DNA of 58,085 nucleotides, filler included, from Sluysia triapertura (Eukaryota), in assembly GCA_046118255.1 (NCBI GenBank). It is 4 parts of 4 records of this genome, joined end to end, with 100 filler letters (N's around TTAATTAATTAA, not from the genome) between each part and the next. Parts side by side here need not be neighbours in the genome. Positions count along the whole stretch, not along the records: positions 39,436 to 58,085 come from JBJNIA010133066.1; 3 more parts are not named here. One strand, given 5' to 3'. Made by a program: the position numbers and the translations under genes. Positions 52,656-58,085 of the stretch are shown here, piece by piece; the stretch's first letter is position 1; each line of letters opens with the position of its first letter. Below the pieces are notes generated by a model. The model saw only the letters and a list, made by a program, of their open reading frames with translations. It was not told the DNA's origin and made no database searches.

Positions 52656-55429
52656 TTAGCATTTGACTACAACATGTGTCAGAACGTGATATGTGCATTT
52701 AGACTATTCAGTAGTCATACACCTATGTGAAATGATTTTATTTATTTATTTATTTAGATTTTACGTGAATCCCTTACTCACTTAAGGGCTAATACGTAAG
52801 TGGCGTATAAAATAGTTATTTGGAGGTTATATCAAAGAACATTGCTAATCTAGCTTAAAGACCTAATGCAGTGGTGTCAAGATTTAATTCCCCTTTTCTT
52901 GCAGTGACAGATTAAAACTATATAATTTTCATCAGTTCTCTGAAGAGTAATCCTCAATTTTTGGATTTTATTATTACTAAAATACTTTCAATCATCTATG
53001 ATTTTGGTTTGATTTTATGACTATGTAAATTTCTAATTGTCGCAAATGATGGAAAAGGATAATTCGTATAAGTTTATAAATATATATTATGACAAAATCA
53101 AATACTCGACGAAGTTATAAAATACAATACAAGGGACATAAAGTTTACTACAGTTATGCTCTAAAGTATTAATTCCTTTATTGGTAGTTTAAAAATATAT
53201 TTTACTTCAACGCGTTAAATGGTTGAAGGGAAAAATATGATATAGATTTTAAGTGCATTTTTGCATCTATGAAATCTAGTTGAACTTATAATAAACATGA
53301 CTATTAAATGTATCGTTATCGTCAGAGAATGAAGTGTCAATTGGTTTGAGGAATCTCGAAGTCTTGTAATAAAAATGCTCGTGGAAAAATTGTGAAGATT
53401 TTAAAAGTGCAAGATTTTAAACTTATTCTCTGCAAATTATCTGAGAAGTCGGTCCTCCTAATATATACGATTTATACCACTATTGGAGACGTACCATTAG
53501 GTTTTCTTAATTCAATTAAACTTACCTAACTTTCCACTTATAATCACTTTAATTTATGTTACAACCCTTTACTAGGTGTTTAATGAAATTTATATTTTAC
53601 AAATTACGCAACCCGTATAAAGGTGTTGCTTTTGAAAAATGAATTTTAAATTAATTATACGAAATAAAATCACTTAAACTCTTTAATGCATATTAACGTC
53701 AATGAAATAAACTTAACAAGTCAAAGGATCAACTATAATATAAGTAATATTTTAGTTTTCTACTCAACCTCGGTTGGTAGTTTCTTTGAATATTATGATG
53801 ATTTTTCGCAACCCGTATTAAGGTGTTGCATGAAACAAAAAGATTTTTAAGTAGTATTTTACACTTCCTATTAAAGTGATTTTGGAACTTATATAAAAAT
53901 TAATTACTTTGACAACATGGATATTTCAGAAGTTTGGAATCAGGAACTCTTCTGGATCTTTACTAAAAATTTTCTAAAATTATTGGTTTCTGCTAAATTA
54001 ATTTATTTGAGTACAAAATGACTTCTTTACAATAACTAATTTATTTGTGTCTAATTCCTAAAATGTTTCTTATAATAATCTTACTTACAACATGGCTTCT
54101 TTAAAATAATTTCTTCCTTGTTTGTTAATAATTTATATAATTTTTCCTTGTTTTGTTCCTAAAAATAAAATTTTCTTTTTTCCTAAAAATAAATTTTCTT
54201 TTAAAAAATTAAAATGTTTACTTTCTTTATTAATTTAAATAATTTCTCTTCAAATATTAAAACAAAATTTTAAATTTATGATTTTAAACAAAATTATTTA
54301 CTTCCTTTAATTATTTTTTTAATTTTATGATTTTAATTTATAATATAAAATAATGAATTTTTATGAACAAATAAAAAACAAAATAAATAACTTTATAATA
54401 CAATTATAAACAAAAATAAATAACTTTAGATAACTTTACAAAAGAAATTTCTGTGTTAAGTTTTTTGGTGTGAAGACACAACAATTTTGTCGCGTTATTT
54501 ATACATTTTTTAACAACGTGTGTCGATTAAAAAATATATTATTTCTAAATTTAAAAATAAAATTATTATAATATTATGTTAGTCAATTTATTGTTAAATT
54601 TTATTATTAAAATTTATAAAATTAAAATTTATCACAAAAATATTTATATAAAATTAATAAAACAAAATAAAATTACACTTACATAAATCAAACTATCCAA
54701 ACATTAAAATAAAATATTCAAATTATTTATGTACAATATGTAAATAAAATTGTTCAGATTTCAACCTTAAATATCTAACAATTATAAATTTATTTTTAAC
54801 GGGTTCGCCTATAATTTAAGCTTTATTTCACAACGGAAGACTTAATTATAGGTTATTAGAAAGTTGCTGCGTAAAGTTTTCCTTATTCCTTTTAGTCTTA
54901 ACTTGAGGGTCTTCTTAAATACACTGATGGTTTCTAAAGTGAATTTAAATGAAATTTACTCTTTAAAACAAAATAATAATAATAATGATACACGTGGTAT
55001 CCTATGAACTTTTATTAATAAAAATAAAAATAACTACAAGAATTCGAGTAAATAAACAGTAATAAGCAAATAAACAATAATATGTAAAAATGGTATATAG
55101 CTGATAATAATAATAAATAAATTTAAATCTTTTAGGATTTTCTCCTAAAATTTTAACAAATGATTTTGTAAGGATTTTGACTCAAGTGTAATACTTGAGT
55201 TTAAAGTGTAACGAATTTGAGTAAGATTTTAATACAACTATATTATTGTATGACCTTAAAATTAATAGCTTACTGATTTTTTAACAAATTTGCTGGATCC
55301 TTGTGTCACAAAATTAAAATTGATCAGGAACGATTATTCTCAGTAAAAATGAATTCCTCAACTGCTCCAAGGTGAACAAAATTGATCCAATAGTAATTGA
55401 TCCTTTAACAATTAGTTCTTTCCAATATA

Positions 55430-55605
55430 TCCTTTCCAACGAAATGTGTATTCCAATATCTCCAAATTATTCCGTAAAATATTAACTGGTTTCCTCGTTA
55501 AGATTCCAACGAAGCGTATATCTTTTCCAACGAAATGTGTATTCTCGAATTGACCAATATCTCCAAATTATTCCGTAAAGTATTAACTGTTTTCCTAGTT
55601 AAGAT
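55430..55605. repeat. ~90-bp imperfect tandem duplication
   Basis: TCCAACGAAATGTGTATTC...CCAATATCTCCAAATTATTCCGTAAA.TATTAACTG occurs twice. Confidence 0.75.
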
Positions 55606-58085
55606 TTTTAAAGAATTTCTTTTTATTTATGTGAGTGAGTGAAAAATTGTTTGTCTATTTATACCTATTTAGAATACTGATAAATATTAAAAGATTAAAT
55701 TTTCTAAAATTAATAATTAAATTTTAGTGAAATAGTTTATTAATTTTAGTAAAATAGTTTAATTTTTTAACATAAAAATTTTTATCTAATTTAAGCATAA
55801 AGATTTTTTATCTATTCTAACATAAAAATTTTTATCTAATTTAAGCATAAATAATTTAAAGATTTTTTATCTAATATTAAATATGTTTTATTTTATCAAT
55901 TACATTTGTACTTTTTAATTAAATTAATTAATTAATTCTTTTTAAAATTGCCATCTTAATCTTTTAACATTTACAGTGCCATAAATAGTGCCATAGAGAT
56001 TGCAAATAATTAAAACAGTCAAGAGAAGATATTTAATAAAAGAATATTGTATAATCTTGTACAAGCCTTGGGAAATTAGAAGAGAAGAACTTCACTAAAC
56101 CACAAAAGAATAAGAAATTATCTAGGTAAGGCTTTCGTAGACCCTCACATTATTAATTTCTAATAGTTACCTACGAATACTTACACCGTAGATTGTAGGC
56201 GAACTCGGATAATAAATTTTAATTTGTGTAAGTGTTAAAAGAAGAAATACACCAGCAATATGGTGAGCCACAAAAATGTTAAATGTTCGAAGTTCGAATT
56301 AATAAAAGTAAATAATGAAATTTAAGTGTTTGTTATGATCGTTCAAATTAATTTAAAGATAACATTTAAATGAGTAAAATGGTGATCAACAAAAAAATTG
56401 ATGAACCAAATATAATATATGAATAATAATAGCATGGAATTGAATATTTATGATTTTTATTGATGTTTAGTTAAATTAAATTCAGATTCTTAGCAAAAAA
56501 GTAATATGTAAGCTGAATAGTATGAATGTTGAATTTATTAAATCAACTAATAAATTAATATCAAACAATTATTAAATTTTATAATATAATGATTAATTGT
56601 ACATGAATGTAATCGAAATTTATATTTGTATAATTTTAACGTTTAATATTCTAATAATTTTTATGATATGAAATCACTATATAAATGGCTAACATTTTGT
56701 GTATGAAATATAAAAATAATGGTTTTATAATATTTATTGATATTTCATTACAGATTAATTATATTTGTTCATGCCTATTCGATCACATTTCAATAATCTT
56801 TTTTTAATACTAATTATAACGGTTTGAGCTAACAGTATTCAATATGACAGCATTTGTACACAAAAGGTCTTTGTTACATTCCTGCTTAACATATAATATT
56901 GTCTTTATTTTAATATTACTAAATTTGTATAAATCTATTTTTATCTGAACAATAATGTTTAAAAATATTTTTCTTTTGTACGTCTGTGTCAATTATAATT
57001 TTGATTGCTATTATAACAATCTAATAAAGTTTTTCTTATTTTTTCTAACTTACGAAGTATATAAAGAGATATAAAGTTAAAACTTGCAATAACTATAAAA
57101 AATTAAAGTACTACTATAGAAGTCATAGGTTTTTACGAGAAAGTATAAGAGTTATAAATTGGACATTTACTCACAAGTTGAAAGTTTTGCATTAAAAGAT
57201 AAGCTCGAAAATTCTGTAAAAGTCATAAGTCTTACATTATCAATAATAGAACTATAAAGAATAAATTTTGAGAAGATTTAGAGTTGGAAAACCATTATGA
57301 ATTAAGACTTGTGCAACAAAAAAACATACATCGAATGAACTTTATTTTACATATGTGGTGAATATAAAATAAAAATGGTCATGTAATCAAATTACGATAA
57401 ATTCAAGTCCAATAATTAATTTACAAAATGACAAAAAATAAATTAAATTGTACTTTATAATACACAGAAATTCTTATTGGTTGAAATCAAGATAAAGTTG
57501 TTGCTTTTAGTTTTACTTTCTCAAAGTTAGTCAAGATCGAAGTAATTTTTTTAGTCTTACCAATTATGAAACCACGAAAGACTTAATTTTTTTCTCATTT
57601 TTGAGTTTCGTTTATGGTTAATTTTGATCACTTGATATAGAACTAAATAAAACCAAATGTTGCATCTTTTATAATATAACAAAATAATTCGAAATTACAA
57701 TAAAATTTAACCTTACATTTGTGGTGATCAACCTTATCACTCAAAGTTATAAATACATTAAAATACTTTGAAGTTCACAATTCGACGACATTAAAATCAT
57801 TATGACATCAAAATAATTAAATCTTCATAAAAAATCATTAAATTTATATTTTAAAATGTAGTGGTCAACTTTAATAACTTAAAATTAAAACAAACCGCAA
57901 TAAAAAAAAACAACCTTCTCAACAGCCATACTCCTTAATTCATAATCACAACACCACACATCTCATAAAATAATAATTCACAATCATAACACCTCACCAA
58001 CTTATATTCAACAACAAAACAATCTATATCTCAAACATTTCCAACTCAATAAACTACTACATCCAGTCCAAACAATTCATAACAT

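Overview
Very AT-rich eukaryotic DNA with spliceosomal introns. The host is most likely a flatworm, inferred from a schistosome-type sulfotransferase and a long low-complexity insert in a kinase-homology domain. The window is four contigs joined by artificial 100-nt linkers (N44-TTAATTAATTAA-N44 at 12181-12280, 28214-28313, 39336-39435), so adjacency across linkers is not reliable. Host genes: an intronless Sulfotransfer_4-type sulfotransferase with a C-terminal TM anchor; four minus-strand exons of a receptor guanylyl cyclase kinase-homology domain; a complete 3-exon coiled-coil gene (~543 aa, CCDC181/CCDC34-like motif); two exons of a CREC-family (calumenin/reticulocalbin) EF-hand protein; and a processed par-3 pseudogene. 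The rest is repeat debris: solo-LTR-like sequences, Tc1/mariner and IS630-like remnants, a hAT MITE with a perfect 8-bp TSD, a non-LTR RT fragment and (AAT)n tracts. Two observations stand out. (1) A decayed Ty3/Gypsy-like LTR element (PBS, gag with one CCHC) lies in line with a frameshifted chuvirus (Jingchuvirales)-like glycoprotein in the env position. (2) A ~155-bp TG..CA-bounded element carries a tRNA-Ala-like cloverleaf and occurs in 4 copies; two copies are broken at about the same D-arm position by retro-like inserts, one of them a NeSL/R2-type RT, suggesting a site-specific LINE that targets this element. All family assignments come from recalled motifs, not database searches.
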